DNA of 64,000 nucleotides from Candidatus Omnitrophota bacterium (GCA_030695905.1 JAUYOL010000043.1:998-64997); one strand, 5' to 3'. Numbered from the stretch's first letter, positions 38,660 through 49,061 are shown. A program made the numbers and translations. Notes: a model not told the origin generated them from the sequence alone.

Positions 38660-38736
38660 GGATGACAACAACATATTAACCCGTTCTCGGGTTTAAAGGT
38701 ACAAGTTACCTACAATGAGTTGTTGCCATCCTTTTT
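38660..38736 (+). ncRNA. Candidate small structured RNA (three-way junction); strand uncertain
   Basis: TTGCTT-N17-TATACT at 38625-38653; closing stem 38660-72/38719-31 with two internal hairpins, then a T run. Confidence 0.5.
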
Positions 38737-38750
38737 ATTTGTAGGCATCC

Positions 38751-39410
38751 CTAAGTGGAGCAGATTTTGTAGAACTCGTTTATTGCGGCAAGCACTTCCT
38801 GAGGTTTATCTGCAACTGAAAATATTTTCAAATCCTTCTGGTCTATCGTTCCCTGAGTCAAGAGCGTTCCCTTTATCCATGATATGAGGCCCTTCCAGTA
38901 CTCTTTCCCCACTAATATTACAGGAAAAGGATCTACTCGCTCGGTCTGAACAAGCGTTATGGCTTCAAATAGCTCATCTAAGGTGCCGAACCCTCCGGGA
39001 AATACGACAAACGCCTTGGAGTACTTCGCGAACATTACCTTTCTGCAGAAAAAATATTTGAATTCAAGAAGTTTTGTGACATATCTATTAGGTTTCTGCA
39101 TTATCGGGATAAGTATGTTGAGGCCTATGGACTCTCCGCCGGCTTTTTTAGCCCCTTTGTTTCCCGCTTCCATTATGCCATGACCGGCGCCGGTAATGAC
39201 CGCATATCCATTTTTGGCAAGTAAGCACGCGGTATCTTCCGCTATCTTGTAGAATCTTTTTGTAGAAGCGGCATTGTTTTGAGCTGAGCCGAATATAGAT
39301 ACAGCCTTTTTAAGGCTTGAAAGTTCCTCGAATCCGTCAACGAATTCACTCATTATGCGGAATATGCGCCACGGGTCTTCTTTTATGAAGTCATTCTTCA
39401 GGAAAGTCAT
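38751..39410 (-). CDS. LOG family protein (TIGR00730 nucleotide monophosphate nucleosidase-like)
   Basis: WRIFRIMSEF, GIMEAGNKGA, YFFCRK.MF, PGGFGTLDE. Confidence 0.9.
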   Translation of the reverse strand: MTFLKNDFIKEDPWRIFRIMSEFVDGFEELSSLKKAVSIFGSAQNNAASTKRFYKIAEDTACLLAKNGYAVITGAGHGIMEAGNKGAKKAGGESIGLNILIPIMQKPNRYVTKLLEFKYFFCRKVMFAKYSKAFVVFPGGFGTLDELFEAITLVQTERVDPFPVILVGKEYWKGLISWIKGTLLTQGTIDQKDLKIFSVADKPQEVLAAINEFYKICST

Positions 39411-39413
39411 TTA

Positions 39414-40544
39414 TTAGAGCTTCTTTACGGAGTCGTATGTGCCGTATGGATTTTGTTCTTTATCCTGATTGAGAGAGTCTAGTACCCATTCCCCGTCAAC
39501 TACAAATTTATATCTGTATTTTCCCGGGGTAAGGGTATATCGTTTTTCCCACAGGCCTTCGGCAGTGCGCAAGAGGCGGCTTTCGTCGTTCATCTTCCAA
39601 TGGTTAAAGTCTCCCACTATGTATACATCTTTTGCCGCAGGCGCGTTTAAATGAAACGCGGTATCTCTTTCGGCAGGTTCTTGCGTTGGCTGTATAGCGG
39701 GGATTCTCGTTGCTTGCGGTAATACAGCTTCTTCCGGCTTGAAAGCGCATTCAGCCAGAGCTTTTTTAAATTCCTCCGCCCCCTCCATCCTTATGACCTC
39801 ATGCGCAAGGGCTGTATAATCTATCGCGCCGTTGGATCTATTATCGAATTGCGTTACCGTGACGCCCTTGGCAACGGCCTTTTTTAGAGTTACGTTCAGT
39901 CTTATCACCGTTTCCAGAGTCTGTTCTTTGAAGAACGCTTTTATCTCGTCCAGTACGGTCTGTGAATATTTAATTCTTCTATCAAATAATGTGGCAAGCG
40001 CCTTAACTGATGGTGAATGGCCTATGTTTATCTTTATCAACTCTATCATGCCAAGCAATTTTCCTACGCCCATAAGCGAGAACGCGCTCATATCTATGGG
40101 CACTACGACAAGCTCCGCGGCGCGCAAAGCATTGAAGGTCAAGAATCCGAGGCTTGGAGGGCAGTCTATTACAACGTAGTCGTAGTTAAGCTGTGTTGAA
40201 TATATCGCCTCATGAAGTTTTGATACAGCGCCTTCGGTATCTTTTAATTCCTGCTCAAGTGTGCTTAATAGTATATTTGATGGTATGATATCGAGATTTT
40301 CCGTTACCCTGATGATGCAGTCGAGTATCGGCTTTCTTTTTTCCTCGTTATCCGTGAGAATATTATATATAGACTTATCCGCGGGCTGGCTTATCATTCC
40401 CAGGCCGAATGTAGCGTGCGCCTGAGGGTCGAGATCTATTAGTAAGACTTTTTTTCCTAAGTTTGCTATTGCGCCGGCGAGATTTATTGCAGTTGTGGTT
40501 TTGCCGCATCCACCTTTTTGATTTGCTATCGCTATCCTGTTCAT
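39414..40544 (-). CDS. ParA/Soj-family ATPase fused to a C-terminal glycogen-recognition (AMPK-beta/CBM48-like) domain
   Basis: NQKGGCGKTT, DLDPQ, DCPPSLG; C-terminal APAAKDVYIVGDFNHW...PGKYRYKFVVDGEW..D..N. Confidence 0.88.
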   Translation of the reverse strand: MNRIAIANQKGGCGKTTTAINLAGAIANLGKKVLLIDLDPQAHATFGLGMISQPADKSIYNILTDNEEKRKPILDCIIRVTENLDIIPSNILLSTLEQELKDTEGAVSKLHEAIYSTQLNYDYVVIDCPPSLGFLTFNALRAAELVVVPIDMSAFSLMGVGKLLGMIELIKINIGHSPSVKALATLFDRRIKYSQTVLDEIKAFFKEQTLETVIRLNVTLKKAVAKGVTVTQFDNRSNGAIDYTALAHEVIRMEGAEEFKKALAECAFKPEEAVLPQATRIPAIQPTQEPAERDTAFHLNAPAAKDVYIVGDFNHWKMNDESRLLRTAEGLWEKRYTLTPGKYRYKFVVDGEWVLDSLNQDKEQNPYGTYDSVKKL

Positions 40545-40620
40545 ACCTAAGGCCTCCGAATTTGCGCTCCCTATATAACAAGGATAAATTTATATCAAAT
40601 ATATACTAAAAATGAGCAAA

Positions 40621-41421
40621 TTACAAATGTTTTTTGCAAAACTCAACGCCATTTTCAAATATAGCCAGGCCGTCACCGTCTCCTCTATGGCTGCTACGTG
40701 TCCATCTGGGGTGTTGTAAATAACTTATATGCCTCTCAGGGTGGGGCATCAGGCCTAGTATACGTCCGGTTTTATCGCATATTCCCGCAATATTCTCGAC
40801 GGAGCCGTTAGGATTATATGGAAAACCCTTTGTGTTTCCATATTCGTCCGCATATTTAAAAACGATCATTCCGTTCTTTTTCAGATATTCCAGCGTCTTC
40901 TTATCTTTTGGTATGAACTTCCCTTCTCCATGCGCAACAGGCAGATAGATTATTTCTTTCATATCTTTTGTCCATACACATTTCGTCCTCCGCCCTCCGC
41001 TCCCCCGCTTTAAATACACCCATCGGTCCTCGAATCTTGCGGAATCATTAAGCGTGAGAGTCGATTCTATGGACTTGAAATCTCCGGAAATATTCGGTAG
41101 AAGGCCGCTTTTTACAAGTATCTGAAAGCCGTTGCATATTCCTATTATAAGTTTCCCATCCTTTATAAATTTCTGGACATCATCTTCTATGCCGAATTTT
41201 AATTCATTAGCGAGTATCTTGCCGCTGGCTATATCATCGCCATAGCTAAAGCCTCCCGGGATCGCAAGGATCTGATAGTCGGATAATTTTTTTTCATCTC
41301 TCGTTAACTGATTTATATGCACAAGCTCGGTGATCGCGCCGGCATTTTCAAAAGCAAACGCGGTCTCCTTATCGCAATTTGTCCCGGCTGTTCTTAAGAC
41401 TATAACTTTTATTTTAGGCAT
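40621..41421 (-). CDS. purQ: FGAM synthase glutaminase subunit PurQ
   Basis: GTNCD, PGGFSYGD, GICNGFQ, AHGEG, MPHPER. Confidence 0.96.
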   Translation of the reverse strand: MPKIKVIVLRTAGTNCDKETAFAFENAGAITELVHINQLTRDEKKLSDYQILAIPGGFSYGDDIASGKILANELKFGIEDDVQKFIKDGKLIIGICNGFQILVKSGLLPNISGDFKSIESTLTLNDSARFEDRWVYLKRGSGGRRTKCVWTKDMKEIIYLPVAHGEGKFIPKDKKTLEYLKKNGMIVFKYADEYGNTKGFPYNPNGSVENIAGICDKTGRILGLMPHPERHISYLQHPRWTRSSHRGDGDGLAIFENGVEFCKKHL

Positions 41422-41422
41422 T

Positions 41423-44311
41423 TTATATATTCTTAAACGTGCTCTGCCAGCTTGATTTTAACGTGTCTATGCCGGCATTGACCGCCAATTTGTTTTTATG
41501 GTCATATATCTTTAAAAACCTGTCTTTGGCGGTATTGCCAAGCTTCCATACGGGCACCTTGCCCATAATTTTTAAAAATATTTTTTCATTTTTTACTTCC
41601 ACTACAAATCTTGTATTTGATTCTGAGAACAAAAGTATTTCACTCGCAAAGATGCCCTGCTCGAACGGTTTACTTTTAAATCCAAACTGAATCTTCATAC
41701 CAAGCGAGCCGGCAAATGCCATCTCTGCTAAGGCTACCGCTATGCCGCCATCCGAACAGTCATGGCATGACGCGACGCATCCTGACCAGATAGCCTTTGT
41801 CAGAGTGTCCATTACGCGTTTGCCATAGAAGGGATTCACTTTCGGGACTTTGTTTCCTGTGTAACCGTACATCTTGTAGTATTGCGATCCGCCCAACTCT
41901 TCATGCGTAAGGCCCACTACATAGATTGGGTTGCCGGGTTTTTTCGCGTCCATCGTGACCGCCTTACTCACATCATCCATAACGGCTATCGCGGATATCA
42001 GCAGGGTTGGCGGTATGGATATGGTCTCTCTGCCGGTGGAGTATTCATTGTTTAAGCTGTCTTTACCCGATATAAACGGCACGCCGTAAACTTTTGCTAT
42101 ATCATAACAGGCGCGTGACGCCCTCACCAGCCCGCTTAACCTATCCGGTTTATCGGTATTTCCCCAGCAGAAATTATCCAGGACAGCGCACCTGCTTATA
42201 TCGCCGCCAACAGATACTATTTGCCTCAAGGCTTCGTCAATGGCGCTTGCGGCCATCCAGTATGGATCTATCTTTCCATAATCTATATTTATCCCACAGC
42301 TTAATATTATGCCTTTTTTGGATGAGAGAACGGGCCTTGTTATGCAGGCGTCGCCGGGAGCGTCATTTTTTACGCCTTGAAGAGGCTTGAGCACGCTGCC
42401 GCCCTGCACCTCATGGTCATATTGGCGTATTATCCACTCTTTCGACGCTATGTTCGGCATTGATAAGAGCCGGATCAGGTCTTGGGTGAAATCTTTTTTA
42501 TTTTTTAATCTCGGCTCTTTATGCCGCGGCTTCTCCCACACCGCTTTTCTAATCAGATCGGGCCCGCCGTTATGCAGGAAATCGACATCGAGATTGCATA
42601 CGCACTCGCCGTGATAAAATAACCTAAGATGTTTCGTTCCGGTAAAGCGTCCTATGACCGTGGCCTCTACATTCTCTTTTTCAAAAATTGATATCAGTTC
42701 ATCGATCTTATCCGGGCTGACGGCAAGCACCATCCTCTCCTGCGCTTCCGATATCCAGCTTTCGGTGTATGTCAGCCCTTTGTACTTAAGAGGGATCTTT
42801 TCAAGATCAACATCAGCGCCTAACTCCTCTCCCATCTCGCCCACCGCGCTGGAAAGCCCGCCGGCGCCGCAATCCGTTATAGCGTTGTATAGCCCTTTAT
42901 CGCGCGCCTGAAGTATCGTATCTGTTACCTTCTTTTCCATTATCGGATTGCCTATCTGTACAGCAGAACCCGATAGCTCCTGTGACTCGTGTGTAAGCTC
43001 TCCGGAAGAGAATGTTGCTCCATGGATGCCGTCCCTCCCGGTGCGGCCGCCAACGACAACAACCAGGTCGCCGATATTTACCTTCTTGAATGACATTTCC
43101 TTGGGTAGAATGCCTACATTTCCGCAAAATACGAGTGGGTTGCCGACGAAGCGCTCATCGAACAAGACAGCGCCGTTGGAAGTAGGTATACCCATCCTGT
43201 TTCCATAGTCCCTTACTCCGGATACGACCCCTTTCATTATCCTTTTTGGGTGTAACGCGCCTTTTGGCAGTTTTTTATAAGGATAATCTGTAGGGCCAAA
43301 GCAGAATATATCTGTGTTTATGATAGGTTTTGCGCCAAGTCCCGTGCCAAGGGGGTCTCTTATAACGCCTCCTATGCCGGTTCCGGCGCCTCCGTAAGGC
43401 TCAAGCGCCGAAGGATGGTTATGCGTCTCTACCTTGAAGCATATATCGTATTTGTCGTCGAACTTGATGACACCTGAATTGTCTTTGAATACGGATACAC
43501 ACCATGGTTTTGCCAGCTCCTTAGTCACTTTCATTACAGTGGACTTCAGCAGATTATCGATATGTTCAGCCTTGCCGCCTGAAAGATGCTCCTTATCCCT
43601 GTATTCAATCTTTCCCCTGAACGTCTTGTGCTTGCAGTGCTCGGACCATGTTTGGGCCAATGTCTCAAGCTCGCAATCCGTGGGATCTTTTTTAAGATCT
43701 TGAAAATACTTTTGTATGGCCCGCATCTCTTCCAAATTGAGGAATAGATGCCCTTTTTTCGATATCTCTTTTAACCTTTTATCGTTTGCCTTGAGCATAT
43801 CGACATGAATGAGCTTGAACTGGTATGGCGGCGGCTCAGGATATATCGAGGATAGTTTTTTTACTATATGCTGGATGACTTTATTGTAGAGGAGTTTCTC
43901 TGCTATCGAACGGATTTGGCTTTCGGATAATTTACCTTTAATAAGGTATTTTTTTGCGGTCCTAACTTCTCTTACTCCCTTTATTCCCAGGTCCTGTATC
44001 GCTTTTTTGGCGCTCTCTTCGACAGGATCCATAACACCGGGATTATAGGCAACTTCGACTGCCTTGAATTCCTTTTCATTGCAGACGCTTCCATTAAAAG
44101 AATATTCCTGCGTGACAGGATCTATCAAAAGTTCTTCGGATATTTTTTTTATATCAATTTCGTTTATATCCCCCTCGAGGAGGTAGACATATACGAACTT
44201 TACTTCCTCGACCTTATTTTTAAAGCCAAGGTCTAGTATATCTTTTTTTACGCTTTCACCGACGGCGTCATAAAATCCGTCTTTTTCGCGAACCTCAACC
44301 CTGTAAAGCAT
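41423..44311 (-). CDS. purL: FGAM synthase PurL with two N-terminal PurS-like repeats
   Basis: WSEHCKHK, KVETHNHPSA.EP, DCGAGG, QYDHEV, SGKDSL. Confidence 0.96.
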   Translation of the reverse strand: MLYRVEVREKDGFYDAVGESVKKDILDLGFKNKVEEVKFVYVYLLEGDINEIDIKKISEELLIDPVTQEYSFNGSVCNEKEFKAVEVAYNPGVMDPVEESAKKAIQDLGIKGVREVRTAKKYLIKGKLSESQIRSIAEKLLYNKVIQHIVKKLSSIYPEPPPYQFKLIHVDMLKANDKRLKEISKKGHLFLNLEEMRAIQKYFQDLKKDPTDCELETLAQTWSEHCKHKTFRGKIEYRDKEHLSGGKAEHIDNLLKSTVMKVTKELAKPWCVSVFKDNSGVIKFDDKYDICFKVETHNHPSALEPYGGAGTGIGGVIRDPLGTGLGAKPIINTDIFCFGPTDYPYKKLPKGALHPKRIMKGVVSGVRDYGNRMGIPTSNGAVLFDERFVGNPLVFCGNVGILPKEMSFKKVNIGDLVVVVGGRTGRDGIHGATFSSGELTHESQELSGSAVQIGNPIMEKKVTDTILQARDKGLYNAITDCGAGGLSSAVGEMGEELGADVDLEKIPLKYKGLTYTESWISEAQERMVLAVSPDKIDELISIFEKENVEATVIGRFTGTKHLRLFYHGECVCNLDVDFLHNGGPDLIRKAVWEKPRHKEPRLKNKKDFTQDLIRLLSMPNIASKEWIIRQYDHEVQGGSVLKPLQGVKNDAPGDACITRPVLSSKKGIILSCGINIDYGKIDPYWMAASAIDEALRQIVSVGGDISRCAVLDNFCWGNTDKPDRLSGLVRASRACYDIAKVYGVPFISGKDSLNNEYSTGRETISIPPTLLISAIAVMDDVSKAVTMDAKKPGNPIYVVGLTHEELGGSQYYKMYGYTGNKVPKVNPFYGKRVMDTLTKAIWSGCVASCHDCSDGGIAVALAEMAFAGSLGMKIQFGFKSKPFEQGIFASEILLFSESNTRFVVEVKNEKIFLKIMGKVPVWKLGNTAKDRFLKIYDHKNKLAVNAGIDTLKSSWQSTFKNI

Positions 44312-44314
44312 TAC

Positions 44315-45856
44315 TTATTCCCACTCTATAGTCGCGGGCGGCTTTGAGCTGATGTCGTAAGCCACTCTATTTACGCCCTTGACCTCATTTATTATTCTAT
44401 TTGAGATCCTGCCCAGTACCTCATGCGGTATCTTTGCCCAATCTGCCGTCATACCGTCCAGGCTCGTCACTGCCCTGAGAGCTACTACGTTTTCGTATGT
44501 TCTCTCATCGCCCATTACACCGACGCTCTTTATCGGCAAAAGCACCGCGAATGCCTGCCATATCTTATCGTACAGGCCCTCTTTCTGTATGGTATCGATA
44601 AACCTGTCATCAACTTCCCTTAAGATGTCGCAGCGTTCTTTAGTCACCTCTCCCAATATCCTTACCGCCAGGCCCGGCCCCGGGAATGGATGGCGGCCCA
44701 AAACCTCCGGATGCATTCCAAGTTCTTTTCCGACGCTCCTAACCTCATCCTTGAACAGGTACTTGAGAGGCTCGACAAGTTTTAAATTCATCCTTTTGGG
44801 CAGGCCACCAACATTGTGATGCGTCTTTATCGTGGCGCTTGGCCCGCCGAACGCGGAACGCGATTCTATCAGATCAGGATAAAGTGTTCCTTGGGCGAGA
44901 AAATCTACCGAACCTATCTTTTTCGCTTCACGCTCAAATATGCGTATAAACATTTTGCCTATTATTTTTCGTTTCTTTTCAGGGTCCTCAACACCTTTAA
45001 GCGCGCTTAAAAATTCTTTGGACGCGTCCACGCATTTCAAATTTATCTTAAAATGTTTTTGGAATATCTCTTTTACGCGCCTGGCTTCGTTCTTGCGCAA
45101 AAGTCCGTTATCGACGAATATGCAGATAAGCCTGTGCCCTATGGCTTTATTTATCAGTATAGCGGCGACGGATGAATCAACGCCGCCCGATAACCCCAAA
45201 ACTATTTTTTTATTGCCGACAGTCTTACGGATCTGGGTAACAGTCTCTTTGACAAAAGACTTCATTGACCAATCGCCTCTTGCGGCGCAGATATCTTTTA
45301 AGAAATTCTTTATTATTGTCTTGCCGAATTTCGTATGCGCTACCTCGGGATGGAATTGCACTCCATATAGTTTCTTTTTAAAATCCGCGAACGCGGCGAT
45401 GGGGGTATTTTTGGACAGCGCGACACGTTTAAAATTTTTAGGCATCCTTTTTACTTTGTCGCCGTGACTCATCCATGTTACACTCTCACGCGGAACATTT
45501 TTAAATATATATTTGTGGTCCGTAACCGTAAGTGTCGCTCTGCCGTATTCCCTCGACCGTGACCTTGTGACTTCTCCGCCTAATAGTTTCGTCATCAGCT
45601 GCATGCCGTAGCATATACCCAGCACCGGTATGCCTAAAGATAACAGCCTTGCGTCGCAGGTGGGCGCTGACTTCGCGTAAACGCTTGCCGGCCCTCCGGA
45701 AAGTATTATGCCCTTCGTCTCTTCCGGGTTTATCAAGTTTATATCTATGGTAGGCGGGACTATTTCGCAGAATACATTATTTTCCCTGACCTTTCGCGCG
45801 ATCAGCTGATTATACTGTGATCCAAAATCTATGATGAGTATAGTTTCTTTCGGCAT
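44315..45856 (-). CDS. guaA: GMP synthase
   Basis: [40 protein letters not shown]. Confidence 0.97.
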   Translation of the reverse strand: MPKETILIIDFGSQYNQLIARKVRENNVFCEIVPPTIDINLINPEETKGIILSGGPASVYAKSAPTCDARLLSLGIPVLGICYGMQLMTKLLGGEVTRSRSREYGRATLTVTDHKYIFKNVPRESVTWMSHGDKVKRMPKNFKRVALSKNTPIAAFADFKKKLYGVQFHPEVAHTKFGKTIIKNFLKDICAARGDWSMKSFVKETVTQIRKTVGNKKIVLGLSGGVDSSVAAILINKAIGHRLICIFVDNGLLRKNEARRVKEIFQKHFKINLKCVDASKEFLSALKGVEDPEKKRKIIGKMFIRIFEREAKKIGSVDFLAQGTLYPDLIESRSAFGGPSATIKTHHNVGGLPKRMNLKLVEPLKYLFKDEVRSVGKELGMHPEVLGRHPFPGPGLAVRILGEVTKERCDILREVDDRFIDTIQKEGLYDKIWQAFAVLLPIKSVGVMGDERTYENVVALRAVTSLDGMTADWAKIPHEVLGRISNRIINEVKGVNRVAYDISSKPPATIEWE

Positions 45857-47257
45857 CTATGATATACCTTTGCAGAGACGCTTTTCCAGCGCCTTTTTAT
45901 ACGGCGGCTTGCATATAGTTGTAGGATAATTTCCGGTAAAGCAGGCTGTGCAGAATTCTTCTTTAGGAAGCATCATGGAGCTTAACATACCTTCGAGGCT
46001 TAAGTATTTTAAGCTGTCCACGCCTATAAACTGCTGTATCTCTTCGATGGAGTGGTTCGCCGCGACCAGCTCTTTCTTGGTGGGGAAGTCTATGCCATAA
46101 AAACATGGGCTGATTAACGGCGGACAACTGACTCGCATATGAATCTCGACAACTCCCGCTTCCCTCAAGGCCCTTACACGGCTGCGCGAAGTAGTTCCTC
46201 GCACGATAGAATCTTCGACTATAACAATGCGCTTGCCTTTCAGCACATCGCGTATCGGATTCAGTTTTACCTTTACCTTAAAGTCCCTTATCAGCTGGCT
46301 TGGCTGGATAAAAGTTCTTCCTATGTAGTGGTTTCTTACATATGCCATCTCAAGCGGTATGCCCGATGCCTCGGAGTATCCTAAAGCGGCATAGTTGCCG
46401 GAGTCGGGTATGGGCATTACAAAATCAGCCTGAGTTGGATATTCTTTCGCGAGAGCCTTGCCAAGATTTTTTCTGGCCAGATAAACGCTCTTTGTGAATA
46501 TGTTGCTGTCTGGCCTCGCGAAATATATATATTCGAATATGCAGAATGCGTGTCTGGCAGCGGGAGGCTGCTTAAGAGATGTTAAACCGTTTTTATCTAT
46601 TATGACTACCTCGCCCGGATCGACATCTCTTATGTATGTAGCGCCTATCATATCAAGGGCACAGGTTTCACTTGCGACAACGTAGGCATTATCGATCTTT
46701 CCTATGCAAAGCGGACGGAAGCCAAAAGGATCGCGTGTAGCATAAATGGCGTCATTCAACATGAGCACAAACGAGTAAGCGCCCTGCATCTTCGACAGTA
46801 TCGGGACTATCTTCTGTTTGTAGTTATTAAGGTGGTCCTTTACCAGGAAGTGAACTATTAATTCTGAATCCATAGTCGTTTGCAGTATTGAACCGGAATC
46901 CTCGAGCTCATTCCTTAACTCGACGGAATTGGTCAGGTTTCCATTATGAGCGACTGCTATGAAGCCTTTTTTATGGTTTATTAGTAGCGGCTGGACGTTT
47001 TTGGCTATGCTTGAACCGGTTGTGGAATATCTTACATGGCCTATAGCTATAGGGCCTTTCAGTTTCTTTAAACTTTCTTCTGTAAATACGTTTCCGACAA
47101 GGCCCATTCCTTTTTGCATATGGACCTTCTTGTAGTCATAGCTTGCTATGCCGGCCGATTCTTCGCCGCGGTGTTGAAGAGCATAAAGCGCTAAATACGC
47201 CAGCCGCGCTGCGTCTTTATGTCCGTGTATTCCTACGACTCCGCAGTATTCTTTCAT
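45857..47257 (-). CDS. purF: Amidophosphoribosyltransferase (Fe-S type)
   Basis: EYCG, LQHRG, HVRYSTTG, HNGNL, EDSIVRGTT, CFYGID, CTACF. Confidence 0.97.
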   Translation of the reverse strand: MKEYCGVVGIHGHKDAARLAYLALYALQHRGEESAGIASYDYKKVHMQKGMGLVGNVFTEESLKKLKGPIAIGHVRYSTTGSSIAKNVQPLLINHKKGFIAVAHNGNLTNSVELRNELEDSGSILQTTMDSELIVHFLVKDHLNNYKQKIVPILSKMQGAYSFVLMLNDAIYATRDPFGFRPLCIGKIDNAYVVASETCALDMIGATYIRDVDPGEVVIIDKNGLTSLKQPPAARHAFCIFEYIYFARPDSNIFTKSVYLARKNLGKALAKEYPTQADFVMPIPDSGNYAALGYSEASGIPLEMAYVRNHYIGRTFIQPSQLIRDFKVKVKLNPIRDVLKGKRIVIVEDSIVRGTTSRSRVRALREAGVVEIHMRVSCPPLISPCFYGIDFPTKKELVAANHSIEEIQQFIGVDSLKYLSLEGMLSSMMLPKEEFCTACFTGNYPTTICKPPYKKALEKRLCKGIS

Positions 47258-48828
47258 TTATTACCTTTATTCTTTGCGTGATATTCTTGAAGCGATGTTA
47301 CCGACATCTTCGGTTTCTTTATAAGGTTCTCTATGCCGTTTACCGTGGCCTGCGCCCCCGATACGGTCGTTATAAGCGCTATATTATAGAGAATGGCGTT
47401 GGACCTGATTTTAATCTCATCTTCCTTTGTTGTCTTGCCGGAAGGTGTATTTATCAAAAGTGATACTTTTCCGTCCTTCATAAGGTCTATTATATTCGGC
47501 CTGCCCTCATGCAGCTTCGGCAGGATTTGAACATCTATGTCGTTGCTCTTTAATGCATCCGCGGTACCGCTGGTCGCCATTATCTTAAATCCTAAGTCCG
47601 CCAGTTTCTTTGCGACGAATATAATGTTTCTTTTATCCTGATTTTTTACGCTTATGAATACATTGCCCTTAGTAGGCATCTTCTGCCCCGCTGCGATCTG
47701 GCTCTTTGCGTATGCTGACCCGAATGTGGTGTCTATCCCCATTACTTCGCCGGTAGACTTCATCTCAGGCCCGAGGATAGCGTCTACGCCAGGGAATCTT
47801 ATGAACGGGAATACGGATTCCTTTACCGTAACATAATTTATAGTCTTTTCCTTTGTAAAGCCCAGCTCTTTCAGCGTCTTTCCCATCATTATCTTTGTCG
47901 CGAGCTTTGCTAAGGGCACGCCCATTGCTTTACTTACAAAGGGAACCGTTCTGGATGCCCTGGGATTAACCTCAAGGATAAAGACTATATTATTTTTTAC
48001 GGCATACTGAATATTCATCAGCCCCTTCACGTCCAGTTCTTTGGCCATAGCGTAAGTGTTTTTTCGGATAATGTCTATAATGTCTTTCCCCAGGGTGTGT
48101 GGCGGTAGCACCATTGCGCTGTCTCCCGAATGTATGCCGGCTTCCTCAATATGTTCCAATATCCCCCCGATTACGCAAGTCTCGCCATCAGCTATAGCGT
48201 CAACATCGACTTCTATCGCGTCTTCCAGGAATTTGTCTATCAGGATAGGCCTTTCGGGAGATGCCTCTACCGCTCTCTCCATGTAATCGGATAGGCTCTT
48301 CTCGTCATAGACTATCTCCATTGCTCTTCCACCTAATACGAATGAGGGCCTGACAACTACAGGATAGCCTATCCTCTCAGCGACTTTTTTTGCTTCTTCG
48401 GATGATATAGCGGTTCCATTGTCCGGTTGGACCAATTTAAGCTTCTTAAGCATCTGTTGAAATCTTTTTCTGTCTTCGGCAATATCGATTGAATCTGGGC
48501 TGGTTCCGAGGATATTTAATCCCGCTTTGGCAAGCGGCCCCGATATATTCAATGGAGTCTGGCCGCCGAATTGAACTATCGCGCCTATAGGCTTTTCAAT
48601 ATCTACTATACTTAAAACATCCTCTACAGTGAGCGGCTCGAAATAAAGCTTGTCTGATGTGTCGTAGTCGGTGGAGACAGTCTCCGGGTTACAGTTTATC
48701 ATTATGCTCTCGTAGCCTTCCTCTTTTAAGGCATAAGAAGCATGGCAGCAGCAGTAGTCGAACTCTATGCCCTGCCCTATCCTGTTTGGCCCACCGCCGA
48801 GTATTAGGACCTTCTTTTTAGCACCCAT
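47254..48828 (-). CDS. carB: Carbamoyl-phosphate synthase large subunit, C-terminal half with MGS domain
   Basis: LGGGPNRIGQGIEFDYCC, NPETVSTDYD, EVNPRASRTVPF, GPEMKSTGE. Confidence 0.95.
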   Translation of the reverse strand: MGAKKKVLILGGGPNRIGQGIEFDYCCCHASYALKEEGYESIMINCNPETVSTDYDTSDKLYFEPLTVEDVLSIVDIEKPIGAIVQFGGQTPLNISGPLAKAGLNILGTSPDSIDIAEDRKRFQQMLKKLKLVQPDNGTAISSEEAKKVAERIGYPVVVRPSFVLGGRAMEIVYDEKSLSDYMERAVEASPERPILIDKFLEDAIEVDVDAIADGETCVIGGILEHIEEAGIHSGDSAMVLPPHTLGKDIIDIIRKNTYAMAKELDVKGLMNIQYAVKNNIVFILEVNPRASRTVPFVSKAMGVPLAKLATKIMMGKTLKELGFTKEKTINYVTVKESVFPFIRFPGVDAILGPEMKSTGEVMGIDTTFGSAYAKSQIAAGQKMPTKGNVFISVKNQDKRNIIFVAKKLADLGFKIMATSGTADALKSNDIDVQILPKLHEGRPNIIDLMKDGKVSLLINTPSGKTTKEDEIKIRSNAILYNIALITTVSGAQATVNGIENLIKKPKMSVTSLQEYHAKNKGNK

Positions 48829-49002
48829 TTTTTATTCCTATACCTCTGCTACTCTATGATACTATGCCCTTAAAACACAATCGGCCAGCGGAGGTGACAA
48901 TTCTCCCTGGCCACAATTTTTACGTTGTGCAATGCGTTACTTGCTATGTAATTTTGCTGCTCCTTTACGATAGACATCCAGTTTTTCCATATGTGAATTC
49001 AT

Positions 49003-49031
49003 ATTTTATCATGCCTATCGCGGCGTGTCAA
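49003..49031 (-). promoter_or_regulatory. Sigma-70 promoter upstream of carB(C)-purF-guaA-purL-purQ
   Basis: TTGACA-N17-TAAAAT with extended TG. Confidence 0.7.
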
Positions 49032-49061
49032 GTGACGAAGTTTAGCGCCGGACCCAATCAT

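Noticed and set aside
38660-38736. Purine riboswitch, tRNA or SRP RNA identity
   Set aside because: No UUUCUACC junction, T-loop/CCA or SRP loop motif; kept only as an unassigned sRNA candidate
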